A stretch of DNA of 64,000 nt from a virus, in IMG/VR virus record IMGVR_UViG_3300029935_000002, positions 4,397-68,396 of that record, one strand, 5' to 3'. Both the position numbers and the translations under genes were made by a program. Each line of letters begins with the position of its first letter. Within the stretch, counting starts at the first letter, position 1. Of this stretch, positions 56,050 to 64,000 are shown in pieces. The notes beneath the pieces are model-generated. The model did no database searches and was not told the DNA's origin. It saw only the letters and a program-made list of their open reading frames with translations.

Positions 56050-58128
56050 ATGAAAACCATCATTAATGGCGCGCCGGGAGTTGTTGACTATGGCGTCCAG
56101 GATCTGAGCACCCGGCCCTATGGCCGCGCTCCCGAGGAGCTTCCACAGCATCTGCCGAAGTACTTTATCTATGCTCAGAAGGGTCCGACCACGGAAGAAC
56201 TCCTGGTGGGTAACGAACGTCTTCAGATGTATGGTGAAGAAACCTTCGTTGAACGTAGTGAATATTTCAACCACCAAACCCTTCATTCCAATGGCGTGAA
56301 TGCGGAAGGTAATGCGGCGATGTATGTCCGTATGGTTCCGGTGGATGCAGGTCCGAAGCCCACACTGCGTGTCTACCTGGATGTGTTGCCGACCCAAGTT
56401 GACATCTACCAGCGCAATAGCGACGGTTCGATTAAGACTGACGTTGCGGGTGATCCGATCATCACGGGTCAAGCTGCCGGTCATCGTGTCAAGTTTGTGG
56501 TTCAGCATCTGGACACCCATGCGCTGGCTGAAACCTTTGGCGCAGCAGATATCGTTGTTGGTGACCAAGTTGACCCCGCTACGAGCGTTCAGTCGCAACG
56601 CTATCCGATCTTTGAACTGGAACATTCGTTCATTGGTAAGGATGGTAACCTGGCTGGTATCCGTCTGTGGTCGATCAATGCCGATAACCAGTCTGCGCTG
56701 CCGACCAAATTGATGGCGCGTGAGAAGGTCTATCCGTACATGATGGCTGTGATTCGTAAGAATGCGGCCACGGGTTCGGCTAAGATGGTGGAATCCACCT
56801 TCGGTGAGCAGCAAGTCATGGTGAGCTTCAAGCCGGAAGTGGTTGATCCGCTGACGACTTCGCGTCTGTACTTTGGTGAACGTTCGATTGAAGACTACCA
56901 GAGCCTGAAGGATCCGCGCTACGCTAAGCAATACGGTGAATTTGGTCGTGTTAAGGTCTATCAAGAAAACATCGATCTGCTGCTGGCTCAGTTCCAAGCT
57001 GCTGAAGTGCCTTTCTTGAATGATGACTCTGATTTCACGGCTGATGTTGAAGATAAGCACCTCTTTAACTTCGTGACCGGTACGACTTCGCAAAACGTTC
57101 CTTACCACAGCTACATCTTCACGGATTCGGATGATGCGGTTCGGTTCTCGCAATCAACCAACGTCTACGCGGGTGGTGGTAGCGACGGCACAATGTCGCA
57201 TGAGCTGCACGCTCAGCTCGTCTCAGAGTACATGAAGCGCTATGCCAATGAGAACGATGAACTGAACGACATCGCTTATCACGTTGAAAGTCACATCTAT
57301 GACACAGGCTTCCCGCTCGAGACCAAGTATGACCTGATCTCGTTTATCTCGAATCGTAAGGACACCTTTGTGGTCCTGTCGCCTTCGGAGTATGGTGAGC
57401 GTGTTCTGACGGCGGCTGAAGAGTACTCGGTTGCTGCTGCTCTGCAATCGCGTCTGTCACTGCATCCGGAGTCGACTTACTTTGGTACGCCGGTCTTCCG
57501 TGCCCTGATTCAAGGTTGCGTGGGTCGTATCCGTGCTAGCCAGATCGTCAATCCGGTTCCTCTGACCTATGAACTGGGTGTGAAGTCGGCGCGTTACATG
57601 GGTGCTGGTAACGGCATCTGGAAGAATGGTCGTAACTTTGACGGCTTCCCTGGTTCGCTGGTTGAAGAACAATACGACCTGTCGATCCGTTGGACGCCGG
57701 ATAACGTGCGTAACCGTAACTGGGATGTGGGTCTGAACTGGGTCACCCGTTATGACCGCACCAGCTATGTCTTCCCGGCGATCAAGACGGTCTATGGTGA
57801 CGATACCTCGGTTCTGACGAGCTACCTGACGGCTTGCGCCATCATCCAACTGAACAAGATCGCGCATAAGGCACACCGTACCTTCTCCGGTATCTCGGGT
57901 CTGACGCCTGCTCAGTTCACCAAGCGTGTGAATGATTTCGTGAGTGAGCAAGTCCGTGGTAAGTTTGACGATCGCTTTGTGATTCGTCCGCGCGCTTACT
58001 TCACCAGCCTGGATGAAGTGCGTAACTACTCCTGGACGCTGCCGATCGATATCTGGGCTGCGGGTATGAAGACGGTGATGACGACCTACGTGGTCGCTCG
58101 TCGTATCGAAGACTACGCGGGCGAGTAA
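56050..58128 (+). CDS. Contractile tail sheath protein (692 aa)
   Basis: IINGAPG, YFIYAQKGP, IYDTGFPLETK, WTLPIDIWAAGMKTV; GC-rich codon bias; precedes tube. Confidence 0.9.
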   Translation: MKTIINGAPGVVDYGVQDLSTRPYGRAPEELPQHLPKYFIYAQKGPTTEELLVGNERLQMYGEETFVERSEYFNHQTLHSNGVNAEGNAAMYVRMVPVDAGPKPTLRVYLDVLPTQVDIYQRNSDGSIKTDVAGDPIITGQAAGHRVKFVVQHLDTHALAETFGAADIVVGDQVDPATSVQSQRYPIFELEHSFIGKDGNLAGIRLWSINADNQSALPTKLMAREKVYPYMMAVIRKNAATGSAKMVESTFGEQQVMVSFKPEVVDPLTTSRLYFGERSIEDYQSLKDPRYAKQYGEFGRVKVYQENIDLLLAQFQAAEVPFLNDDSDFTADVEDKHLFNFVTGTTSQNVPYHSYIFTDSDDAVRFSQSTNVYAGGGSDGTMSHELHAQLVSEYMKRYANENDELNDIAYHVESHIYDTGFPLETKYDLISFISNRKDTFVVLSPSEYGERVLTAAEEYSVAAALQSRLSLHPESTYFGTPVFRALIQGCVGRIRASQIVNPVPLTYELGVKSARYMGAGNGIWKNGRNFDGFPGSLVEEQYDLSIRWTPDNVRNRNWDVGLNWVTRYDRTSYVFPAIKTVYGDDTSVLTSYLTACAIIQLNKIAHKAHRTFSGISGLTPAQFTKRVNDFVSEQVRGKFDDRFVIRPRAYFTSLDEVRNYSWTLPIDIWAAGMKTVMTTYVVARRIEDYAGE

Positions 58129-58159
58129 TCCCTCTTCTACATTTAAGGAGTAAACAAAC

Positions 58160-59029
58160 ATGGCACGTCTTACCGATGCGCTGCTTGGCGCTAAGGCTTG
58201 GTCTTCTGGCAATGAAATGCCTCAGCTTGACCCAATGCTGGGTGGTCAATTTGGCTGGGCCACGAACCCGGCTGAATGGGTCTCGGCTCAGGCCTATGTT
58301 CCGCGTAACCTGATCCCGATCGTCCTGGAATCGCCTGAATTCTTCCAATTCATGCCTGATCCGGATAAGTGGGTGACGGCGTGGAAGGTAATGATTGAAA
58401 AACACGCTCGTACCATTGAAGGTCTGAAGGCTGGCTTGACGGTCGAAGTGGCGGAACACGCGTTTGGTGGTGGTGGTGAATTCTTCCAAGAGTTTACGGA
58501 CGTCAAGCGTGAGCGCTCCACTCTGACCATCAATATGGTTGAGAAATACGGCAACGTCTTCCAGAACTTCCTGGAACGTTGGATTATGTATGGTCTGATG
58601 CATCCTGAGACCAAGACCCCGCTGACAGCGACGCTCGAAGGCGGTGGTCCGACCGATAACCTGGCTGACTGGTATGGTGGCACGATTGCCTTCATTGAAC
58701 CGGATCCCACAGGTAAGCGCGTAGTCCGTACTTGGATCTCGACAAACGTCTGGCCGCAAGGCACAGGTCCGATTGAAGGCAAGATGGATAAAACGTCTGC
58801 GCTTTCGATCAAAGAGCTCTCAGTTGAACTGACCTCGCTGACTTTCATCAATGAAGGTACACGTGTGTTTGGTCAAGAGTTGCTCGATGGAATCAATAAA
58901 GTATGGAGTTCACCACAGGTACGCGAATCCTTTATTAAGTCAATCTCTGCTGATGTAGCTTCGATTGAAAAAGGGTATAAAGAGTCGACTGAGAATATTG
59001 CCCAGGCTCGCGTAGGTAATGTGATCTAA
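58160..59029 (+). CDS. Tail tube protein (289 aa)
   Basis: Follows sheath with AAGGAG RBS; FIEPDPT..WISTNVWP tube pattern. Confidence 0.85.
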   Translation: MARLTDALLGAKAWSSGNEMPQLDPMLGGQFGWATNPAEWVSAQAYVPRNLIPIVLESPEFFQFMPDPDKWVTAWKVMIEKHARTIEGLKAGLTVEVAEHAFGGGGEFFQEFTDVKRERSTLTINMVEKYGNVFQNFLERWIMYGLMHPETKTPLTATLEGGGPTDNLADWYGGTIAFIEPDPTGKRVVRTWISTNVWPQGTGPIEGKMDKTSALSIKELSVELTSLTFINEGTRVFGQELLDGINKVWSSPQVRESFIKSISADVASIEKGYKESTENIAQARVGNVI

Positions 59030-59068
59030 TCTTTAATGGTCTAAAAGCCAAAAAAGAAAGCTAGTGCT

Positions 59069-59104
59069 GACACAGGGAGAAGGCGAAAGCCCTCTCCCTG
59101 TGTC
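59069..59104 (+). terminator. Terminator hairpin after tail tube
   Basis: GACACAGGGAGAAGGC-gaaa-GCCCTCTCCCTGTGTC (one mismatch). Confidence 0.7.
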
Positions 59105-59158
59105 TCCCACTGTTCATTTGAAAGATCCAGTGGTAACGCACACTAGGACTAAAGAACA

Positions 59159-59881
59159 ATGTCTTCTCTTCAAGAACTTGAATTTTTTATCAAACGCCTT
59201 CCTGATAAAGTTCAGAAAAATATCACCATCGTAACAGCCAACCAGCTTCCCGATCCCTTCCTTATCCATATTACGAAAGATCGTCCTAATGTCTATATTC
59301 CGCGTATTGGATTTAGGCAAGCAAATATGGAAGACCGAACAACACCACGGATTACAGCTTCAACATGCCTATATGGAGCAATCATTGGTTATGCTGTTCT
59401 TCCTTATGATGTCTTAGATGCTGGATATCAAGGAAAGAATGAAGGATGGAAAGGTGGACTTTATATTAATGCAATTTCTTTTGAATATGCATTAAAACCA
59501 AATGCTCGATTAGTCTATGATGTGCGTGCAAGTAATGAACACTGGCTTGTAACCTACAACACAGAAACACGTCACTATATACCTGAACAGATTGGAAAAC
59601 TATTTGTTTCAGAATTAAAAGCTTTACCACAAATTAATCAAGAGCCAAAATACGTTATTACAGTCAAAGCTGAGATTAAGAAAACACTTCACTTTGATGC
59701 TGTTAATGTTTTAAATCCAGGATATTACGAGATTACATTTAATTATAATCGTAACTCAACCTGGGATACTTACAAGACAACGACGATTAAACAGATATCA
59801 AAGGCAGACTTCTTAAAAGAAAAGCTTTTAGTAACTTCAAATCTTTCAATTGAAAATAAACCCATCTATGGTCGATGGTGA
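59159..59881 (+). CDS. Putative virion protein, possible ADP-ribosyltransferase-like fold (240 aa)
   Basis: HIT...PRIG...PRITAS.CLYG...YDV..SNEHWL; C-terminal SIE-NKPIYGRW. Confidence 0.5.
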   Translation: MSSLQELEFFIKRLPDKVQKNITIVTANQLPDPFLIHITKDRPNVYIPRIGFRQANMEDRTTPRITASTCLYGAIIGYAVLPYDVLDAGYQGKNEGWKGGLYINAISFEYALKPNARLVYDVRASNEHWLVTYNTETRHYIPEQIGKLFVSELKALPQINQEPKYVITVKAEIKKTLHFDAVNVLNPGYYEITFNYNRNSTWDTYKTTTIKQISKADFLKEKLLVTSNLSIENKPIYGRW

Positions 59882-59902
59882 AAAAATAATACTCTACTAC
59901 AG

Positions 59903-59936
59903 ACAGAGGGAGAGGGCGTACGCCCTCTCCCTCTGT
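59903..59936. terminator. Bidirectional terminator, perfect 34-bp palindrome
   Basis: ACAGAGGGAGAGGGCGTACGCCCTCTCCCTCTGT between convergent genes. Confidence 0.8.
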
Positions 59937-59950
59937 ATTACTTGAACAAA

Positions 59951-60403
59951 TTACTTCTTCAGTGCTTCTTCAGCCATCTCTTTGATCGAGCGCTTGGCTG
60001 CGGCCAGTTGACCAGCATTCTTGCCAGCCACAAACGCCACGTTGACCTTGGTGCTACCGTAGACGGTGGTGGTCTTATCCGTACCCGGAACGACCGCTTC
60101 ACGGCTACGCGTCACACCATAACCGACGCTACCGAAAGCACCCATGGGGATTTCAGCCGAGACATCATTCAGCTTCTTGTCTTTTTCCATGGCGTTGACA
60201 GCAGCCTTACCCACTGCTTCCAGACCACTGGCCACGAAAGCCGTCGTGTAGTTGGACACCGCTTCCACGGTTTCCGGCGTCAGACCTTCCGGCAGGTTGC
60301 TATTGAAAACATCACCTTCCGACGAGATCACACCGTCCGCAACTTTCGACAGCGAACCGGCAATTGCGTTGACCAGATTTTCATCACGTTTTGCGCGAGA
60401 CAT
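59951..60403 (-). CDS. Highly expressed uncharacterised protein (150 aa)
   Basis: AAGGAG RBS; GC-rich codon bias like MCP/chimallin. Confidence 0.8.
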   Translation of the reverse strand: MSRAKRDENLVNAIAGSLSKVADGVISSEGDVFNSNLPEGLTPETVEAVSNYTTAFVASGLEAVGKAAVNAMEKDKKLNDVSAEIPMGAFGSVGYGVTRSREAVVPGTDKTTTVYGSTKVNVAFVAGKNAGQLAAAKRSIKEMAEEALKK

Positions 60404-60691
60404 AGATTACTCCTTCATTTATGGTATTAAGGACAAACTGTTGTGGTTGACAGATTGCCACAAGAGACTACAGGTTTTAAGAAAATCTTCTACTTTAAAA
60501 AGCGTTGAGCTCAAGCCACTCTTCAAAGCAAAAGAGAGCAATGCGTTAGCATCGTTCACTAGAGATGTGGCATGATCTAAACTTCAGATCTTCCTGCTTC
60601 ATCGAGTCGCCTACATCACGATCTTCTCCACAGGCTTGACTTCCCGTATACCCTACGGTAGTTTGAGAATTGCTAGTATAACTTGCTTTCC

Positions 60692-60732
60692 TCACTAGAG
60701 ATGTACACTGCTAACTTTTTTCTCAGAACAGG
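60692..60732 (-). promoter_or_regulatory. Bipartite 41-bp motif, second copy (half-site also at 60556-60566)
   Basis: TCACTAGAGAT-N13-TTTTTTCTCAGAACAGG, boxes and spacing identical to 33095-33135. Confidence 0.65.
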
Positions 60733-60740
60733 AGTAATGG

Positions 60741-61151
60741 CTAATGAACAATTTGAGCGTAAATCACCGCCCAATATACTTGACCATTTCGAAGCACTTT
60801 AGCAACCTGACTTCCTTTCGGAATGAATTCATGCCAAGCATCTTCTCCATCAAAAATCTGAAGATGAAGATCATTTTTCAACATTACCAGCTTTGATCCA
60901 AGGAGACACTGTCCTTCAGAGTTTGTAAGCTTATATTGATCCTCTTCAATAACATCTTCTTTAAGAAGTGTTCGAACACCTGTATAGATGACGCTATCGA
61001 CTTCGATTGGTTCTACATAGAGCTTGGGGTTAAAAGGCCAAACTTGATCCGAAGCTGAAACATACCGAATTCCAGCTAGATCAACACGACGTGAAACACA
61101 GTGAGAAGCGACGTAGGCGCCACAGATGGCGTTATTAAGCTCTTTAAGCAT
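60741..61151 (-). CDS. Hypothetical protein (136 aa)
   Basis: ORF track; GGGG RBS-like. Confidence 0.55.
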   Translation of the reverse strand: MLKELNNAICGAYVASHCVSRRVDLAGIRYVSASDQVWPFNPKLYVEPIEVDSVIYTGVRTLLKEDVIEEDQYKLTNSEGQCLLGSKLVMLKNDLHLQIFDGEDAWHEFIPKGSQVAKVLRNGQVYWAVIYAQIVH

Positions 61152-61192
61152 GACAGACCCCTTAGATCAATTAAAATGGCACAGAGTGCGTT

Positions 61193-61372
61193 TTAAGACT
61201 TCTTAGACCACTTCTTAACAACACTTTCTTTTTGTTTCTTCTTTTCCTCTTTCTGATCCGCTTCAAAAAACTCACATGCTACTTCTTGATCAATGTGGTT
61301 CTTTTTAGCAAACTCTTCATCATGACATGCTGCCGCCATGAACTTCTTTTGTTTCTCTGTTTTTGAAGGCAT
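61193..61372 (-). CDS. 59-aa small phage protein (not in ORF track)
   Basis: GAGGA RBS; MPSKTEKQKKFMAAACHDEEFAKKNHIDQEVACEFFEADQKEEKKKQKESVVKKWSKKS resembles the widespread MPSKS.KQ..FMAAAAH..EFAKK..I.Q.VA.EF..AD family. Confidence 0.75.
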   Translation of the reverse strand: MPSKTEKQKKFMAAACHDEEFAKKNHIDQEVACEFFEADQKEEKKKQKESVVKKWSKKS

Positions 61373-61436
61373 TTATTAAATCCTCAAAAAGAAAAAGCAG
61401 GAGAGGTTTTATGCTCTCCTGACACTTGATGATTTT

Positions 61437-61553
61437 TTATTTGTCAAGAATAGCAGCAATCTGCCACATCCAGACACTGACACCTGCGGTGATCAGAAGG
61501 ATCGATCGAATAAGACCACTACCATTCTTGCAAAGAACTTTAACCTTATTCAT
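61437..61553 (-). CDS. 38-aa single-TM peptide
   Basis: AAGGAATTCATC-ATG; MNKVKVLCKNGSGLIRSILLITAGVSVWMWQIAAILDK, coupled to upstream ORF. Confidence 0.55.
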   Translation of the reverse strand: MNKVKVLCKNGSGLIRSILLITAGVSVWMWQIAAILDK

Positions 61554-61749
61554 GATGAATTCCTTTAAGAGCGCGTTGTCCATATAGTTCAACCAGCAAG
61601 ATCCCAAGAATAATGAGTTGAATACTTGGGAGCAAACCCAGTCCAATGAACAGGGTTCGAACAATTTTTGTCTTGACCAGTTTCATCGACAGCATCGTAA
61701 TACTCAGGATAACTGTGAAGTATCCGATCACGATTAAGACAGCAGCCAT
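61546..61749 (-). CDS. 67-aa two-TM membrane protein
   Basis: AAGGAGAAAATC-ATG; two hydrophobic segments; downstream of motif copy 3. Confidence 0.7.
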   Translation of the reverse strand: MAAVLIVIGYFTVILSITMLSMKLVKTKIVRTLFIGLGLLPSIQLIILGILLVELYGQRALKGIHHE

Positions 61750-61803
61750 GATTTTCTCCTTTCAGGCCAAGTTTAAAAATGATACTAGCGTATCGTTCAG
61801 TTA

Positions 61804-61821
61804 AGATATATATGACTGAAA
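61804..61821 (-). promoter_or_regulatory. Conserved 18-bp promoter-like motif, copy 3
   Basis: Identical to copies 1 and 2. Confidence 0.7.
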
Positions 61822-61841
61822 AACTTTTTAAACAGACATAG

Positions 61842-61865
61842 GTCTAGAGGCTTTGGCCTCTAGAC
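61842..61865. terminator. Hairpin upstream of motif copy 3
   Basis: GTCTAGAGGC-tttg-GCCTCTAGAC. Confidence 0.65.
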
Positions 61866-61877
61866 ACTAAAACACAT

Positions 61878-62384
61878 TTAATGAAGTTTTAAACTTGCAA
61901 TACGACTATGTGCCTTTAAAACCTTAGGAACATAGGTTTTCATTCCGTTTCTCTGATGTCCATTATAACACCAAAGCGCACGTTCTCGAGAACCTTTGTG
62001 ACGCTTGATACAGTCTCGATAGATGACTGCACCCACTCTGACATTATCAAAAACATCATAGTAGTTTGTTGTTGTAAATTTATCTCGATGCCATTTTACT
62101 TGAATCTGAGATAAGCCAACACTTCTTCCATTGGTTTTATTTAGTGCTCTATGCTTGAAGGACGACTCGACTTCTATAATTGCCAAAAGCGTCACAGGGT
62201 TTACATCCAGTTCTTCTGATGCCTTATTGACAGACAACAATAAAAGACTTGGATCGACACAAGACGTCTTGCAAGCACTCGAAATGTATTTCTCTAATGC
62301 TTCTACTTTACTTGCACTATATGCATGAAAAGCAGTAAGAGTCAGAAAACAACTTAGAATAAAACGAATAGAACAACGTGCCAT
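61878..62384 (-). CDS. Lytic transglycosylase (SLT family) with N-terminal signal peptide (168 aa)
   Basis: LLAIIEVESSF..RALN...SVGLSQI catalytic motif, DNVRVGA.I, ALWCYNG; AGGAG RBS. Confidence 0.88.
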   Translation of the reverse strand: MARCSIRFILSCFLTLTAFHAYSASKVEALEKYISSACKTSCVDPSLLLLSVNKASEELDVNPVTLLAIIEVESSFKHRALNKTNGRSVGLSQIQVKWHRDKFTTTNYYDVFDNVRVGAVIYRDCIKRHKGSRERALWCYNGHQRNGMKTYVPKVLKAHSRIASLKLH

Positions 62385-62558
62385 GAGGAACTCCTTTTTA
62401 AGGTCGTGCGTGATCCGTAGATCGATACTGCTCCTTTTTAAAGAAAAAGGGGTTAAAGGGAAATGCTCAAACTATTTAAAGAGCGTGCGACAAAAACCAC
62501 AGAAACAGGTTCAATTAAAATCTATATTGCTAAGATAGATCTCAGAAGACGTTAGAAC

Positions 62559-62592
62559 ACACAGGAAGAGGCCGTAAAGCCTCTTCCTGTGT
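62559..62592 (-). terminator. Terminator hairpin after protease
   Basis: ACACAGGAAGAGGC-cgtaaa-GCCTCTTCCTGTGT. Confidence 0.7.
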
Positions 62593-62597
62593 AGGAC

Positions 62598-63386
62598 TTA
62601 CCATTTAGCATAGATCGGCTTAGAGGCCGTTTTAAAGTGCTTCTGAGTAAGGAACTCAACTGCGTCGCGAGAAGACTCAGTCGCCATCCCGACACGAGTA
62701 TCATTTGCAATACGGGTCAACATTGATTGCGTGATCCGCATGGCTTCGCCAGCACTGGAGTCACCTTCAGTAATATTACCAATACTCTCGGTAGCTGGAC
62801 TGTCCCATTTTGTTGCCATGAGAATACCAGACTCGTTAACAAGGTCAATGGCAATGATTTCTTTAAGGACTCGAATACGCTTACCTTGATAGAAGCCCTC
62901 GTCTGCCAAAGCACGAATGCTAAAGCACACATTCTCATTGGGATTCTCAAGAGATTCTTTCAAGATATTACCTTTAGGCTCCGAAGGCTTCACCTTTGCC
63001 ATCATTGCAACGAGATGCGGGTTATTGTACTCTGGATGATTCCGTCCAAAGTTTTCATCTAACCAGAGGTCTTTGAAGTGAGCACACACGTTATCTCGAT
63101 CAATGTCAAGCATCCGCTCAAAGAAACGTTCATCGGTTTCGCCAGGACGTTTCTTCGGATGATTCACTTCAGCACGCAGACAACCGTTTGCAATACGGCG
63201 GTGCAGAAGACTACCAGGGCCAAAGAGCTCACGTACGCCTTCGATGGTGTAATACCACGCACCAGTATTATTGTGAGTATTCAAACCCCCAACAACCAAT
63301 TCATAGTAACCATCGGCATCAGGCTTAATGATCCCTTTCTTTTTTAACATGGGCAACTTGGTTGCCGAGAAGAAGACTTTTGACAT
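62598..63386 (-). CDS. Prohead maturation protease (phiKZ gp175/T4 gp21-like, 262 aa)
   Basis: LRAEVNHP (His), CFSIRA (Ser), IDLVNESGI (Asp); C-terminal ATE-S sites. Confidence 0.88.
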   Translation of the reverse strand: MSKVFFSATKLPMLKKKGIIKPDADGYYELVVGGLNTHNNTGAWYYTIEGVRELFGPGSLLHRRIANGCLRAEVNHPKKRPGETDERFFERMLDIDRDNVCAHFKDLWLDENFGRNHPEYNNPHLVAMMAKVKPSEPKGNILKESLENPNENVCFSIRALADEGFYQGKRIRVLKEIIAIDLVNESGILMATKWDSPATESIGNITEGDSSAGEAMRITQSMLTRIANDTRVGMATESSRDAVEFLTQKHFKTASKPIYAKW

Positions 63387-63389
63387 GGT

Positions 63390-64000
63390 TTAGGCTCTCA
63401 AGATACGTTCAATTTTTTCAACACGCTCACTGGGGTTAACCAAAGCGCTTACGATACCATCGGAGAAATAGGCGCCAGCGAGCTTATTGACAGTACCAGG
63501 GGAAGACCAGTAAACACTACGCATTGGCACCCATTCAAGGTTTTCTTTACTATAGTCTTTATAGTCTTTTGAGACTTCACGAATGTATTTGGTACGATCT
63601 TCTTTACTACGGGCAATATAGGCCGCCATGAATTCAACGACACTAGGCATGATCTCTGCACTGGTCCGAGCGTGACGCTTAGCCGTATCAAAGATTTTCC
63701 CCATGTCTTCGTAATCGACATACCAAGGAATCTTTCCTTTAAAGACAAACTCCTCAATGGCTTTATAGATTAAGTTAGCGCGACAAACCAAGTCTTTTGT
63801 CTTAATCACAACTTGATTGGGAAGATACTTAAAATTATAGTATTCTTCACCATCAATGGTTGTTAATTCGACAGAAGCGGGTCCAAGCTCGACATACGCA
63901 TTGACATTACACAGTGCATATTCACCACTATCAAGAATAATGGCAAATAGCCCATAGACAAACGTAGAGGCACCGACTTGAGCCAATTCGATCTCTCTGA
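63390..64000 (-). CDS. Conserved protein upstream of protease, probably 5'-truncated by window edge
   Basis: Frame is open from the TTG at 63986 to the window end. Confidence 0.6.
   Translation of the reverse strand, partial: REIELAQVGASTFVYGLFAIILDSGEYALCNVNAYVELGPASVELTTIDGEEYYNFKYLPNQVVIKTKDLVCRANLIYKAIEEFVFKGKIPWYVDYEDMGKIFDTAKRHARTSAEIMPSVVEFMAAYIARSKEDRTKYIREVSKDYKDYSKENLEWVPMRSVYWSSPGTVNKLAGAYFSDGIVSALVNPSERVEKIERILRA

Noticed and set aside
9023-62592. Recurrent palindromes as CRISPR, REP or integron attC arrays
   Set aside because: Not regularly spaced or identical, no cas or integrase genes, and nearly all directly follow stop codons.
1-64000. tRNA/tmRNA genes and alternative genetic code
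   Set aside because: No cloverleaf with T-loop GTTCRA found by eye; conserved proteins are full length in code 11 and end at TAA, TAG or TGA at expected positions.

Overview
64 kb of a nucleus-forming jumbo phage genome (phiKZ-like, Chimalliviridae), with no host DNA evident. Recognisable by motif: chimallin (nuclear shell), PhuZ tubulin, both halves of the split family-B DNA polymerase, a beta-prime-type RNA polymerase subunit, DnaB, large terminase, major capsid protein, tail sheath and tube, prohead protease, an SLT transglycosylase and blocks of head/baseplate genes. phiKZ gene-number correspondences are from recalled synteny and size, not from a search. Most notable non-obvious signals: (1) a 381-nt ORF-less group I intron (IA-type core) splitting dnaB; (2) a textbook -1 frameshift signature (T TTT TTC, -1 frame opening right after a TAA) fusing a 580-aa CPxCG protein to the downstream ORF; (3) three copies of a hairpin + 18-bp motif + leader hairpin + near-identical RBS cassette driving small accessory genes; (4) a 41-bp bipartite motif shared by chimallin and an uncharacterised, strongly codon-biased 150-aa gene; (5) a 600-bp hairpin-rich non-coding region at a strand switch (origin candidate); (6) over 20 long purine-to-pyrimidine hairpins between genes. 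No tRNA, rRNA, CRISPR array or intein was seen.
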